From assembly GCA_040754885.1 (NCBI GenBank), contig JBFMCD010000065.1, forward strand, positions 96 to 64,095: a stretch of DNA of 64,000 nucleotides, given 5' to 3'. How positions within the stretch are numbered: position 1 is the first letter of the stretch; every line of letters starts with the position of its first letter. Shown one piece after another: positions 26,100 through 35,310 of this stretch. This stretch comes from Acidobacteriota bacterium. GTDB lineage: Bacteria > Acidobacteriota > Thermoanaerobaculia > Thermoanaerobaculales > Thermoanaerobaculaceae. A model generated the notes under the pieces. That model made no database searches. It worked only from the letters and a program-made list of their open reading frames with translations, and was not told the origin of the DNA. The position numbers and the translations under genes are program-made.

Positions 26100-27206
26100 T
26101 CACGGGTTCGTCCCCACGATCGTCACCGGCGTTCCACGGCGTACTCTGGAGAACAGGCGGTCCATGTCCTCGTTGGTCAGCGCCACGCACCCGTTGGTCC
26201 AGTCGCGCCCCTGACCACCGTCGCCGTGGATCTCGATCAGCGAACCGATCGAGGCGCGCGTCGGGATCTGCCCACGTCGCCTGCCGAGTTCGTAGCGCAT
26301 CCGATCCTCGTCGTTAGGATAGTTGATCAGCAGCGCCTTGTAGTAGCGGGTCGCGGACCCTTCCTTGAGCTTGGTGACGTGGTAGCGACCCTCGGGCGTC
26401 GCCTGGTCGCCGGCGTGGGCTTTCTGGCGCAGTCCGTTGGCCCCGAGTTCGGCCTGGAAGGTGGCCACCTTCCTGCCCGCCTGATAGAGGAGCAACTGCC
26501 GGCGCAACTTGTCGACGATAATCGCGGCGCCGCCGCTGTCGCGCGAGTCGGCGATCGTCTCGTCGACCCACTGCTTCCACTGTCTGCGCAACCGGGATTC
26601 GCCGAAGCGGGCGTGCAGCGTCGTGTACGCCTTGTGGACGAGCTGCGTCATCTCCCGCGCGGACTTGAGCTTGTCCGACGCGCGCTCGAAATCTCCGGCC
26701 GACGCGAGCCTGGTGGCCGTCTGCACCAGCGTCGAGGCCCGCGCCATCGCGGCCGCTTCGCGCCCGCCCATCCCGGCCTCGCGGATCTCGGCGCGGGCGC
26801 GCGCGATGTGCTCGCGGGCCTCGTCGAGCAGCTGGAGGTACACGCCGCGCGCGCCGTCACGCTTGGCCCGCCACGCCGCGGTTTCCTCGGACGCGGCCCG
26901 GGCGACGCGCAACCAGGCGGCCGTGGCGCGTCCGGTCTGCGGCGCCCACCACGGCGCGTGGCGCTCCGCGGCGGTGGCGATCTCCGCGTCGGCGATCAGC
27001 CGCTCGATGTACTTCGCCTTGAGCGGGACGGTCGGCCGGAGCATGCGGATCGCGCGTCGCGCGGCCGCGCGGGCGCCGTCGAAGTCGGGCGGCGGGGGCG
27101 GGGCGCACGAGACGCCCAGAAGGAGCGCCGCGGCGAGGAGCAAAAGAAGAGGCCGGCGACGCGCGGTCGCCGGCCCGTGGTCCAACACGAGTGCCAAGTC
27201 AGACAC
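26100..27206 (-). CDS. L,D-transpeptidase-family lipoprotein with a long helical N-terminal domain
   Basis: Lipobox LLLGVSC. YkuD catalytic region IEIHGDGGQGRDWTNGCVALTNEDMDRLF. Confidence 0.75.
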   Translation of the reverse strand: MSDLALVLDHGPATARRRPLLLLLAAALLLGVSCAPPPPPDFDGARAAARRAIRMLRPTVPLKAKYIERLIADAEIATAAERHAPWWAPQTGRATAAWLRVARAASEETAAWRAKRDGARGVYLQLLDEAREHIARARAEIREAGMGGREAAAMARASTLVQTATRLASAGDFERASDKLKSAREMTQLVHKAYTTLHARFGESRLRRQWKQWVDETIADSRDSGGAAIIVDKLRRQLLLYQAGRKVATFQAELGANGLRQKAHAGDQATPEGRYHVTKLKEGSATRYYKALLINYPNDEDRMRYELGRRRGQIPTRASIGSLIEIHGDGGQGRDWTNGCVALTNEDMDRLFSRVRRGTPVTIVGTNP

Positions 27207-27824
27207 TCAGAACTTGCACCTGATCTTGTCCTTGGCGGCCGTGAGGTCGTTCATCAACTGGTCGACCTGGCCCTTGAGCGAGTCGGCCTGGGCCTTGGCG
27301 CCGAGGTAGTCCTCGCGGGAGAACGCGCCCTCGAGGTCGTTGACCTGAGTGGCGTAGCCGTCGAGGTTGCCCTTCAGCATCTCCATGTCCTTGCGGAAGT
27401 CCTTCGGCTTGCGCGGGCACTTGCCCAGGTTGTCCATGAACTGGGTGGTGGAGTCGACCACGCCCTTGACGGCGTCGATGGCGGCGCGCGCCTCGTTCTT
27501 GGCCTTCTCCTTGCCCTCGACGGCGGCCTGCTTGGCGTCGTCGGCGGCCTTCTGAGCGTCCGCGAGCAGCTGCTTGGTCTTGGTGTAGGAGCGGAACAGC
27601 GCGAACTTCGCTTCCTGCGCCTGGAGCTCGGCGTTGACGGCGTTCATCGCCTGGCTGGCGGTGTCGAGCGCCTCGGGGGCGTACTTGCCCGCTTCGGCCT
27701 GCTCGGCGGCGGCCAGAGCAGCCTTGGCAGCGTCGATTTCCGGCTGCGGCGGCTTCGCGCAACCGACGGCCAGCATGGCCACCGCGATCAGCACAACGCC
27801 CGCGAACACGTGGTTCTTACGCAT
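27207..27824 (-). CDS. Helical lipoprotein (DUF4398-like)
   Basis: Start MRKNHVFAGVVLIAVAMLAVGC (lipobox), preceded by AAAGGAGAA. The rest is Ala/Lys/Glu/Gln-rich helical repeats. Confidence 0.7.
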   Translation of the reverse strand: MRKNHVFAGVVLIAVAMLAVGCAKPPQPEIDAAKAALAAAEQAEAGKYAPEALDTASQAMNAVNAELQAQEAKFALFRSYTKTKQLLADAQKAADDAKQAAVEGKEKAKNEARAAIDAVKGVVDSTTQFMDNLGKCPRKPKDFRKDMEMLKGNLDGYATQVNDLEGAFSREDYLGAKAQADSLKGQVDQLMNDLTAAKDKIRCKF

Positions 27825-27886
27825 CTTTGATTCTCCTTTCCTCCGTTCCAGAGGTGGCATCGTTTTCTGTCGGATGCCGGCGACGT

Positions 27887-27916
27887 ATGGTATCAGCGTT
27901 GGAGTTTCTCGTGCAA
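27887..27916 (-). promoter_or_regulatory. Candidate promoter TTGCAC-18nt-TACCAT (minus strand) for the lipoprotein/LDT cluster
   Basis: Minus-strand -35 at 27916-27911 and -10 at 27892-27887, with TG two nt upstream of the -10. Locally AT-richer intergenic DNA. Confidence 0.3.
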
Positions 27917-28067
27917 GTTTTCACGCCAGGGTGATCACCGGCTGCCCGGCGCTCGGTGGGAGCCCTGGTTTTCCACTCCGCTTGATTGGTGCGACGGGCT
28001 GGTGCCTCCTCAGGGAGCCGTAATGACCCCCACGAGGGCTGCTTTTTAGACCTGTTGGAGCCGAAAG

Positions 28068-28451
28068 TCAAGTGCCCGCGACCGCGAACAGCCCACCGAG
28101 AGCTGTGACTTCCAGGAAGACGACACCGTTCTCGACCCTGATCGGCAGGGGCCGCAGCCGACTGCCCAGACAGGGACCGGCGAGACACGCGCCGGATACC
28201 GGGTCGTATCTAGCGCCGTGCTGCTGGCAGACGAGATTCCGACTCCCCGGCGCCGTGAATTCCCCCCGTCTCTCGCAGTCGAGACGCACGGCGAGGTGGC
28301 GGCACAGGTTCCTCCAGGCGACGGGCACGCCATGCGCGAGCAGCAGGATTCCCGACTCCTCGACCGGCCCGTCCCGGTAGGCGAACACCATCCCTCCCTC
28401 CGGGATCTCGTCCAGCCGGGCAATCCGCTGCAGTGGGGACTCTTCGTTCAT
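28068..28451 (-). CDS. Rieske [2Fe-2S] domain protein
   Basis: CRH...(22 aa)...CQQHGARYDPVSGACLAGPC is a Rieske CxH/CxxH pair. Its ATG overlaps the queG stop (ATGA). Confidence 0.8.
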   Translation of the reverse strand: MNEESPLQRIARLDEIPEGGMVFAYRDGPVEESGILLLAHGVPVAWRNLCRHLAVRLDCERRGEFTAPGSRNLVCQQHGARYDPVSGACLAGPCLGSRLRPLPIRVENGVVFLEVTALGGLFAVAGT

Positions 28452-29410
28452 CCCGCTCGGCCCGTGCGGCAACGTGCCGCCTGGTTGGATGTCACCGCCG
28501 CGAGGTTGCGGCGGAACCGGTCGAAATCGAGGCGACGCAGGGGAGTGCCCCGGGAGAAATCGAGCCACCCTTCCGGGCCGAGGCCGCCCAGCTCTGCGAT
28601 GCGCGGCGCGCGCAGGTGAGGGCGCGTCGCGAGCGCGGGGTTGCACCTCCCGCGGGCCCGCTGCGTGAAGGGGCAGGCCGCCAGACACAGGTCGCAGCCG
28701 AACAGCCAGTCGGAGAGTGACCGACTCTCGGCTGGTTCGAACGGAGCGCGGTGCTCGATGGTCAGGTAGCTGATGCACGTGCGCGAGTCGAGCCCTTTTC
28801 CGTTCGTGAGCGCGCCGGTCGGACAGGCATCGACGCACGCGGTGCATGTCCCGCAGTGATTCGGGCCGGGAGCGTCCGGCTCCAGCTCCAGGTCGGTGAC
28901 GAGCTCGCCGAGGAGCAGTTCGCAGCCGTACCGCCGGTTGACCAGGCAGGTGTTCCTGCCCATCCAGCCGAGTCCGGCGCGCGCGGCGACCTCGCGTTCG
29001 AGGACGGGGGCGGTGTCCACCGCGACGCGCCAGCGCAGGCCAGGGGCGCGGGCCGCGAGGAACCGACCGAGGGCGACGAGCCGGCGCTTGAGGACCGCGT
29101 GGTAGTCGCCGCGACGGGCGTAGCGGGCAACGCGCGCGACACCTGTTTCCTCGACCTCCGCGTCGCCAGCCTCGGCGTAGCTGAGCGCGGCGGACACGAC
29201 GCTGCGCGCGCCGGGAAGGAAGAGGCGGAGGTCGGACCGCTCGGCGGCTGAGTCCGCCATCCAGGCCATCGTCCCGTGTTGTCCCCGATCGAGCCACCGG
29301 CGCAACCGCGCGGCGCCGGACGGCGGTTCCGCGGTCGTGATCCCGACCAGGTCGAACCCGAGGGAGTCGAGCGCGAAGCGACGGAGATCCTCGGCGAGTC
29401 CGGCCGCCAT
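28448..29410 (-). CDS. queG: tRNA epoxyqueuosine(34) reductase
   Basis: N-terminus LGFDLVGITTAEPP, ferredoxin motifs CGTCTACVDACPTGAL and CDLCLAACP, 320 aa. Confidence 0.9.
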   Translation of the reverse strand: MAAGLAEDLRRFALDSLGFDLVGITTAEPPSGAARLRRWLDRGQHGTMAWMADSAAERSDLRLFLPGARSVVSAALSYAEAGDAEVEETGVARVARYARRGDYHAVLKRRLVALGRFLAARAPGLRWRVAVDTAPVLEREVAARAGLGWMGRNTCLVNRRYGCELLLGELVTDLELEPDAPGPNHCGTCTACVDACPTGALTNGKGLDSRTCISYLTIEHRAPFEPAESRSLSDWLFGCDLCLAACPFTQRARGRCNPALATRPHLRAPRIAELGGLGPEGWLDFSRGTPLRRLDFDRFRRNLAAVTSNQAARCRTGRAG

Positions 29411-29464
29411 CGAACGAGTCTAACCGGAACCGGTCCCCGAGCAGCCGTGCGATAGACTGCGACC

Positions 29465-30391
29465 ATGCTCGGATCCACGGTGGTTGCGGCGATCGCGGCG
29501 GTGCTGACGCCCGGTGAGGTCGTCTTCGTCGACGTGGCGGCGTTCCAGGAGGTTCGGCGGGTCGCCCTCGGCGCTGAGGGGGCGGCGCTGTTCGCGGCGC
29601 CGGACGGTCGGTTCGTGGTGCCGCTCGCCGGGGAGGACGCGACGCTCCTCGTGTCTCCGGTGGTCGAGACGGAACGCTGGAAGGGCAGGGTGTTCCCGAT
29701 CTTCTCCCGCGAGTTCGATCGCATGTACGTGTTCCTCCCCGGCACGCTGAAGACGCTGACCTACCCGGAGCGCGTTCCGATCGACGACCTGCCGGTCGAG
29801 GACCTGGTCGGGATCCGTCGCGCCGCGTGCTCCTGGACCGGGCGGCTGGTCGCGGTCGTCCCCGATGGGGACGGCGGGAAGGCCCTGGTGATGATGACGC
29901 CGGGCGCCGCCGGTGGCGCGAGCCGCATCGGTATGCCCGATCTCCCCGAGAGCGTGGCGGTGGAGCCCCGCGCGGAGTGGGTGGCGGCCGGCCTGCGCGA
30001 CGGCCGAGTCGTCGCGATCGGCGTGGGCCGGACGCAACCGGCGATCGGCGTCGGACTCGGCGCGCCCGTGAGGGCGCTGGCGACGTCGGCGGACGGGCGC
30101 TGGTTGTTTGCCGGCATCGGCGACGAGACGAGCGGTTGGGTCGTCGGGCTGCGCGTCACCCCGACGTCCGCGGAGCCGGTCAAGGAGATGTTCAGGACGC
30201 CGACTCTCTCGGCACCCGTGGCGGTGGCGGCGTTCGACCGGACGGTGCTCGTCCTCACCGGCACGGGTCTCCACGAGTTGACGAAGCACGGCAAGCGCCT
30301 CGAGCGGTCGCTGGAACTCGATGGCGGACGGTCCCTGGCGTTGATGGTCGAGCACCCGAGGACCGCGGTCCCCGCGTGGAGCGACAGGTAA
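29465..30391 (+). CDS. Hypothetical protein (beta-propeller-like repeats, N-terminal hydrophobic segment)
   Basis: High GC3 and repeated APDGRF / SADGRWLF-type strands. No family recognised. Confidence 0.5.
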   Translation: MLGSTVVAAIAAVLTPGEVVFVDVAAFQEVRRVALGAEGAALFAAPDGRFVVPLAGEDATLLVSPVVETERWKGRVFPIFSREFDRMYVFLPGTLKTLTYPERVPIDDLPVEDLVGIRRAACSWTGRLVAVVPDGDGGKALVMMTPGAAGGASRIGMPDLPESVAVEPRAEWVAAGLRDGRVVAIGVGRTQPAIGVGLGAPVRALATSADGRWLFAGIGDETSGWVVGLRVTPTSAEPVKEMFRTPTLSAPVAVAAFDRTVLVLTGTGLHELTKHGKRLERSLELDGGRSLALMVEHPRTAVPAWSDR

Positions 30392-30397
30392 ACCTGC

Positions 30398-31702
30398 CTA
30401 CTGAGAGCCCTGGCCCGGAGGAGGGGCCTGTTCCGGCGCGGCCGGACGACGGCGGCGGCGGCGACGCCGTCGCGGGTCCTTGGTCTCCGCCGTCTTGTCC
30501 GCGGGTGCGGCCTGCTGGCGCGGCCTGGGCAGGACCTTCCTGAACAGGTCGTCGTCCGCCCAGGCGACGGGGATCTGTTGGCCGAGGAACTTCTCCACGG
30601 CCGGTAGCGAGTAGACGAAGTTCTCGCAGGCAAGCGAGATCGCCTTGCCCCTGGCGCCGGCCCGCGCGGTCCGTCCGACCCGGTGCACGTAGTCCTCGGG
30701 GTCGAGCGGCAGGTCGTAGTTGATGACGTGCGTCACCCCTTCGATGTGCAGCCCGCGCGAGGCGACATCGGTGGCGACCAGGATCGGGAGCTCCCCGGCC
30801 TTGAAGGCGTCGAGCACCTTGAGCCGGCGCCGCTGGATCATCGAGCCGGAGAGGGAACGGGCCTGGAATCCGTGGCGCTCGAGACGCTCGGCCAGACGTC
30901 GAGTCTCCTCGCGGGTGTTGACGAAGATCATCGTCCGCTCGTGCCCTTCGCGCTCGAGCAGGCCGAGCAGAAGGGAGAACTTCTCGCGTCCTCCGACGTG
31001 ATAGAGGACCTGTTCGAGACGGTCGGGGGTCAACTCCTCGGGGTTGACGACGATCTCGGCCGGGTTGTGCATCTCGTGCCAGCCGAGCCCGAGGACGCGC
31101 GAGGAGAGCGTCGCGGTGAAGAACATCGTCTGGCGCTTGCCGACCGGCGGCAGGCGCCGGAGAATCGCGCGCAGGTCGTCGACGAAGCCCATGTCGAACA
31201 GCCTGTCCGCCTCGTCGACGACGATCTGCCGGACGTCGCCGAGGTCGACGTCGCCTTCGCGCAAGTAGTCGAGCAGGCGACCGGGAGTGGCGACCACGAT
31301 GTCCACGACGTCGCCCAGCTTCTGCCGTTGCTCGCGGTACTCCATGCCGCCGTACACCGCCAGGGTGTGGAGCCCGGTGTGGGTTCCGAGCGACTCGGAG
31401 TCGCTCGCCACCTGCACCGCCAGTTCGCGCGTCGGCGCGATCACCAGGGCGCGCGGGTGGCGGCGGCGCGAGGCCTCGCCGCGCAACAGCCGGTCGAAGA
31501 TGGTCACCAGGTAGGCGGCGGTCTTGCCGGTGCCGGTCTGCGCCTGCACCGCCACGTCCCGATGCGCGAGGGTGTGTGGGAGGACCTCCGCCTGGACCAG
31601 GGTGCACTGCGCGAAACCCGCGTCGCGCAGCCCCTGGCGAACCGGTTCGAGGAGGTCGAAGTCGTCGAATGTGCGGTGGGAGAAGAGCGTGCTCGTCGTC
31701 AC
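30398..31702 (-). CDS. DEAD-box ATP-dependent RNA helicase with an Arg-rich C-terminal tail
   Basis: GTG start (VTTSTLFSHRTFDDF). Motifs AQTGTGKTAAY (I), DEAD, TAT, HRVGRTARAG (VI). Tail is RRRRRRRRP. Confidence 0.9.
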   Translation of the reverse strand: MTTSTLFSHRTFDDFDLLEPVRQGLRDAGFAQCTLVQAEVLPHTLAHRDVAVQAQTGTGKTAAYLVTIFDRLLRGEASRRRHPRALVIAPTRELAVQVASDSESLGTHTGLHTLAVYGGMEYREQRQKLGDVVDIVVATPGRLLDYLREGDVDLGDVRQIVVDEADRLFDMGFVDDLRAILRRLPPVGKRQTMFFTATLSSRVLGLGWHEMHNPAEIVVNPEELTPDRLEQVLYHVGGREKFSLLLGLLEREGHERTMIFVNTREETRRLAERLERHGFQARSLSGSMIQRRRLKVLDAFKAGELPILVATDVASRGLHIEGVTHVINYDLPLDPEDYVHRVGRTARAGARGKAISLACENFVYSLPAVEKFLGQQIPVAWADDDLFRKVLPRPRQQAAPADKTAETKDPRRRRRRRRRPAAPEQAPPPGQGSQ

Positions 31703-31828
31703 GGTCCGCCAGTATACGCGTCGCCGCCGGGTCGGGGGCCGCAAGCCGCCTGCGGGGCGGAATCCCGTCGAGGCAGTGGGGTTTCCCAGGAGTGGGCGAA
31801 GCGGTGACGGGTACAATGCCCGGCGGAG

Positions 31829-33736
31829 GTGGGCGTGGGGAGAAAGTCGGCGCTCTCGGTGGTGTTCTTGGTCGTCGTGGTCGCGGCGTCGGCCGCGCCG
31901 TCGGACGAGTCGCTCGCCCTCGTGGCGCAGGCGCGCCTGCGCCTCGAGGCACAGGAGATCGCCGAGGCCCTTCAGTTGTTCGGCAAGGCCGTCGCCGCCG
32001 ACCCGACCGACCAGGAACTCGCCGAGGAGTACGGGATCGCCCTCGCCGAGGCCGGCCTGATAGATCAGGCCGTCGAGCAGCTGCAGCGCGTCAAGGAACC
32101 GTCGCCCGCAGGGCACGCCACGCTCGGCATCCTGCTCGCGCAGAAGGCCGAACAACCGGTCGAGCTGGAGCGGGCGATCAGCCACCTCAAGAAGGGTCAG
32201 ACGGCGGTGCCCGAGGGCGGGCAGGCACGCTTCCAGCTCGCGCAGGCGCTGCTCCGCCTCGGGCGCGGCGACGAGGCGTGGACGGTCATGGATGCGCTGG
32301 TCTCCGAACGTCCCGACGATCCGCGCATCCTGCTCATGGCCGGCCAGGCTCTGCGCCAGTCCGGGAAGACCGAGCAGGCCCTCGAATACCTGCGCCGCGC
32401 GGCAGCGACGCCCGAAGCGCGCCAGCGAGCGACGCTGGAGATCGTCGAGACGCTGGCCGCGGCGGGCCGGAACAAGGAGGCCGCGGACGCCCTGGGCGCG
32501 TTTCTCCAGACCGACGGAGCGACGCTCTCCGGTCTGTCGCGGTGGGCGACGCTGCTGGCGCGCGCAGGGGACCGGGCGAAGGCGCGCGAGGTCCTGGACG
32601 ACGTGCTCGCCAAGGACGCGACGTTCCGCGACGCGATCATGCTCAAGGCGCTGCTCGAGGCGGCCGACGGTGACACGGAGGCCGCGGAGCGCATGTACCG
32701 CCGCGCGCTGGCGCTGGACAAGGACGACCTCGATGCTGCACTCGGTCTGGCCCGGCTGCTGACCGAACTCCGCCGCCTGCCCGAGGCGCGAGAGATCCTG
32801 GACGAGCTGTGGGCCAAGGTGAGCAAGCTCCAGCCGCGCAACGTCGGGGGCGAGGTCGAAGTGGCCCAGGAACGCGCGGCGGTCGAACTCCTCGACCGCT
32901 CGCTCGACGCCGCCCAGCGGTGGCTTTCGCGGCTCACGGTCCAGCCGCTCGATCGCCGTTCGCTCGCTCTGTGGGCCGAGTCGTTCCGTCTGCGCAAGGC
33001 GTGGCGAGAAGGGCTGGCATGGTTGCAGGCGGAATCGACGCGACTGGAGGCCGATCCGCCGACGCGCAGGCTGTACACGTCGCTGGTGGGCGAGTACCGC
33101 ATGGCGACCGGCGACGCGGCGGGGGCCCGGGAGGCGCTGGCGCCGCTGTTCGAGGGAGACGAGGACGAGGTCGTGTCGGCGCTCGGAGCGCTGGAACGCG
33201 GCAAGCACTACGACGAACTGGTGGAGCAGTCGCGCAAGGCGCTCGCCCGGCTGGTCGAGGCTCCGGACGTGGAGTTCATCCTGGCGGCCGGCCTGGAGCG
33301 CGCGGGATCGTTCGACGAGGCGGTCGCGGCGTTCAGGAAGCTGATCGGGAAGGACAGGGAGAACGCCTCCGCCCACAACTACCTCGGCTACATGTTCGCC
33401 GACAAGAACATGAACCTGGGCGAGGCGAAGACGCTGATCGAGCGCGCGATCGAACTCGAACCGTTGTCCGGGGCGTACCTGGATTCGCTCGGGTGGGTCC
33501 ACTTCCGTCTCGGCGACCTCGATCTCGCCGAGCGCCACCTCAACCGCGCCATGCAGCTCGAGCCGCACGACCCCACGATCCACGAACACCTCGCCGAGGT
33601 GCACCTGGCTCGCGGCCGGACCGAGCAGGCGGTGGCGGCGTTCCGCCGCGCTCTGGCGCTGGAACCCGAGGAACCTGGGCAGAAGGAACGCATCGAGTCG
33701 AGGCTCGAGACCCTTGCGGCCGACGGGAAGCGCTAG
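31829..33736 (+). CDS. Secreted tetratricopeptide-repeat protein
   Basis: Signal-like N-terminus and many TPR units through 635 aa (e.g. AHNYLGYMFADKNMNLGEAKTLIERAIELEP). Confidence 0.75.
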   Translation: MGVGRKSALSVVFLVVVVAASAAPSDESLALVAQARLRLEAQEIAEALQLFGKAVAADPTDQELAEEYGIALAEAGLIDQAVEQLQRVKEPSPAGHATLGILLAQKAEQPVELERAISHLKKGQTAVPEGGQARFQLAQALLRLGRGDEAWTVMDALVSERPDDPRILLMAGQALRQSGKTEQALEYLRRAAATPEARQRATLEIVETLAAAGRNKEAADALGAFLQTDGATLSGLSRWATLLARAGDRAKAREVLDDVLAKDATFRDAIMLKALLEAADGDTEAAERMYRRALALDKDDLDAALGLARLLTELRRLPEAREILDELWAKVSKLQPRNVGGEVEVAQERAAVELLDRSLDAAQRWLSRLTVQPLDRRSLALWAESFRLRKAWREGLAWLQAESTRLEADPPTRRLYTSLVGEYRMATGDAAGAREALAPLFEGDEDEVVSALGALERGKHYDELVEQSRKALARLVEAPDVEFILAAGLERAGSFDEAVAAFRKLIGKDRENASAHNYLGYMFADKNMNLGEAKTLIERAIELEPLSGAYLDSLGWVHFRLGDLDLAERHLNRAMQLEPHDPTIHEHLAEVHLARGRTEQAVAAFRRALALEPEEPGQKERIESRLETLAADGKR

Positions 33737-34418
33737 CCGGCGGCTCGCGCCGCTCCTCCTTTTCCTGGCGGTCGCCGGCTGCAAGACGGCCGCGCCCGTG
33801 CTCGACCTCCCGGAGGACTGGCGTTCGCTGGTCCTGCCGCCGCCCGCGTTCGCCGCGCTGTACCGCCTCGACTGCTGCGGCATGAGCGGCATGACCGCCA
33901 CGGTGCGCGCGGACGGGAACCGGATGCTGATCGCCGTGGCCGCCGCGCCGGGGGGGGTGGTGGCCGAGGTGTGGGTCACGGCGAGCGAGGTCCTGCTCAC
34001 GCGAAGTCGTGGTCGTTGCGTCGAGGCGATTCCGAGGGGTCGGCTGCCGCTGAACGACAGCGGCGCGATCCCGCTCGACGTCGGACTTGTGTCGCTCCTG
34101 CTCTCCGGGCGCGTGCCGGTCAACTCCGAAGCGCTCGCTTCCAGTCCCGGGTGGGTGACCGGCGAGGTTCGCGACTACGGCCCGGTTCGCTGGCGGATAT
34201 CCGGTTTCCCGCCGCGACTGGTCGAAATCGCGGCCGGCGAAGAGGGCGTGGCCGACGTGCGTGCGAGGCTGACCGAGCACCACGGCCGCGTGCCCGGCAG
34301 GATCGAGATCTCCTCCGGGTCCGAACGTGCCTTCCTCGAGTTGCGCGAGTGGCAGCCGGGACCGGCGCCGGAGCCGCCCGCGTGGGTCGGCGCGCCCCGA
34401 TGTGGGGCGGAGCCGTGA
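33714..34418 (+). CDS. Lipoprotein in the LolB position (LolA/LolB-fold, DUF4292-like)
   Basis: Lipobox LFLAVAGC. The IPLDVGLVSLLLSGRVP segment resembles the LolB-type L..WL.GLP motif. Lies immediately upstream of ispE. TTG start, 23-nt overlap with the TPR gene. Confidence 0.5.
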   Translation: MRPTGSASRRLAPLLLFLAVAGCKTAAPVLDLPEDWRSLVLPPPAFAALYRLDCCGMSGMTATVRADGNRMLIAVAAAPGGVVAEVWVTASEVLLTRSRGRCVEAIPRGRLPLNDSGAIPLDVGLVSLLLSGRVPVNSEALASSPGWVTGEVRDYGPVRWRISGFPPRLVEIAAGEEGVADVRARLTEHHGRVPGRIEISSGSERAFLELREWQPGPAPEPPAWVGAPRCGAEP

Positions 34419-35293
34419 CCGCCCCGACCCATCTGAGCGTCCGCTGCCCGGCCAAGGTGAACCTCCACCTCGAGGTGCTCGGCCGCAGGCCCGACGGCTA
34501 CCACGAGCTGCGCACCGTGTTCGTCGCGGTCGGAGTGTTCGACGAGCTTGAGCTCGACGCGGCGCCGCCGGGTGAGCTGGCGCTCGACGTGATCCCGGAC
34601 GGGGCGGTCGCGGCCGGCGAGGACAACCTGGTGATGCGCGCGGCGCGGGCGCTGCAGCGCGAGTGCGGAACCGATGCCGGGGCGCGGATGTGCCTGCGCA
34701 AGTCGATCCCGGTCGCGGCAGGGTTGGGCGGCGGCTCGTCCGACGCGGCCGGCGCCCTGGTCGGTCTGGCGTCGATGTGGGGGTGGGTGGGGACGCCGGC
34801 GGACCTGCATCGGCTCGCCGCCTCGCTGGGCGCGGACGTGCCGTTCTTCCTTGTCGGCGGGGCCGCCTGGGGCGTCGGCACCGGGACCGAGGTGCGTGCG
34901 CTCCCGGACCTGCCGGAGTGGTGGCTGGTGCTGCTGCCGGGCCCCGAACCGATCCCGACGGCCGCGGTCTACCGTGAACTGGGCGCCGCGCCGCTTGCGA
35001 GGCCATCGCAGCAATCGAAGGGCGAGCCTCTGGCGGAGGGCGGAGTTCCAGCGCTCGAAGCGTGTCGAAACGACTTGGAGCCCGTCGCCCTGCGACGGTG
35101 GCCGGAGGTGGCAGAGCGGCTCGGCGCGGTGCGCGCCACCGGTCCGGCGCTCGCGATGCTGTCGGGGAGCGGAGGAACGGTGTTCGGACTGTATCGGGAC
35201 CGCGCGGCCGCCGCCGAGGCGGGGAACGCGCTCGAGGCGTATGCGCCGATCGTCGCTCCGGTCCTGTCCCGCGCGGCGTCGCGCCTGTTGTGA
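34400..35293 (+). CDS. ispE: 4-(cytidine 5'-diphospho)-2-C-methyl-D-erythritol kinase
   Basis: CPAKVNLHLEVLGRRPDGYHEL, and the GHMP motif KSIPVAAGLGGGSSDAAG. Alternative GTG start at 34415 sits in a GTGA overlap. Confidence 0.9.
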   Translation: MWGGAVTAPTHLSVRCPAKVNLHLEVLGRRPDGYHELRTVFVAVGVFDELELDAAPPGELALDVIPDGAVAAGEDNLVMRAARALQRECGTDAGARMCLRKSIPVAAGLGGGSSDAAGALVGLASMWGWVGTPADLHRLAASLGADVPFFLVGGAAWGVGTGTEVRALPDLPEWWLVLLPGPEPIPTAAVYRELGAAPLARPSQQSKGEPLAEGGVPALEACRNDLEPVALRRWPEVAERLGAVRATGPALAMLSGSGGTVFGLYRDRAAAAEAGNALEAYAPIVAPVLSRAASRLL

Positions 35294-35310
35294 TGAACCA
35301 GGGAGGTGCC

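Noticed and set aside
31703-34123. About 800-aa N-terminal extension of the DEAD-box helicase ORF (30398..34123)
   Set aside because: The extension is antisense to the TPR and lipoprotein genes and lacks motifs. Helicase homology (Q-motif F...TLVQ, then motif I) begins right after the GTG at 31702.
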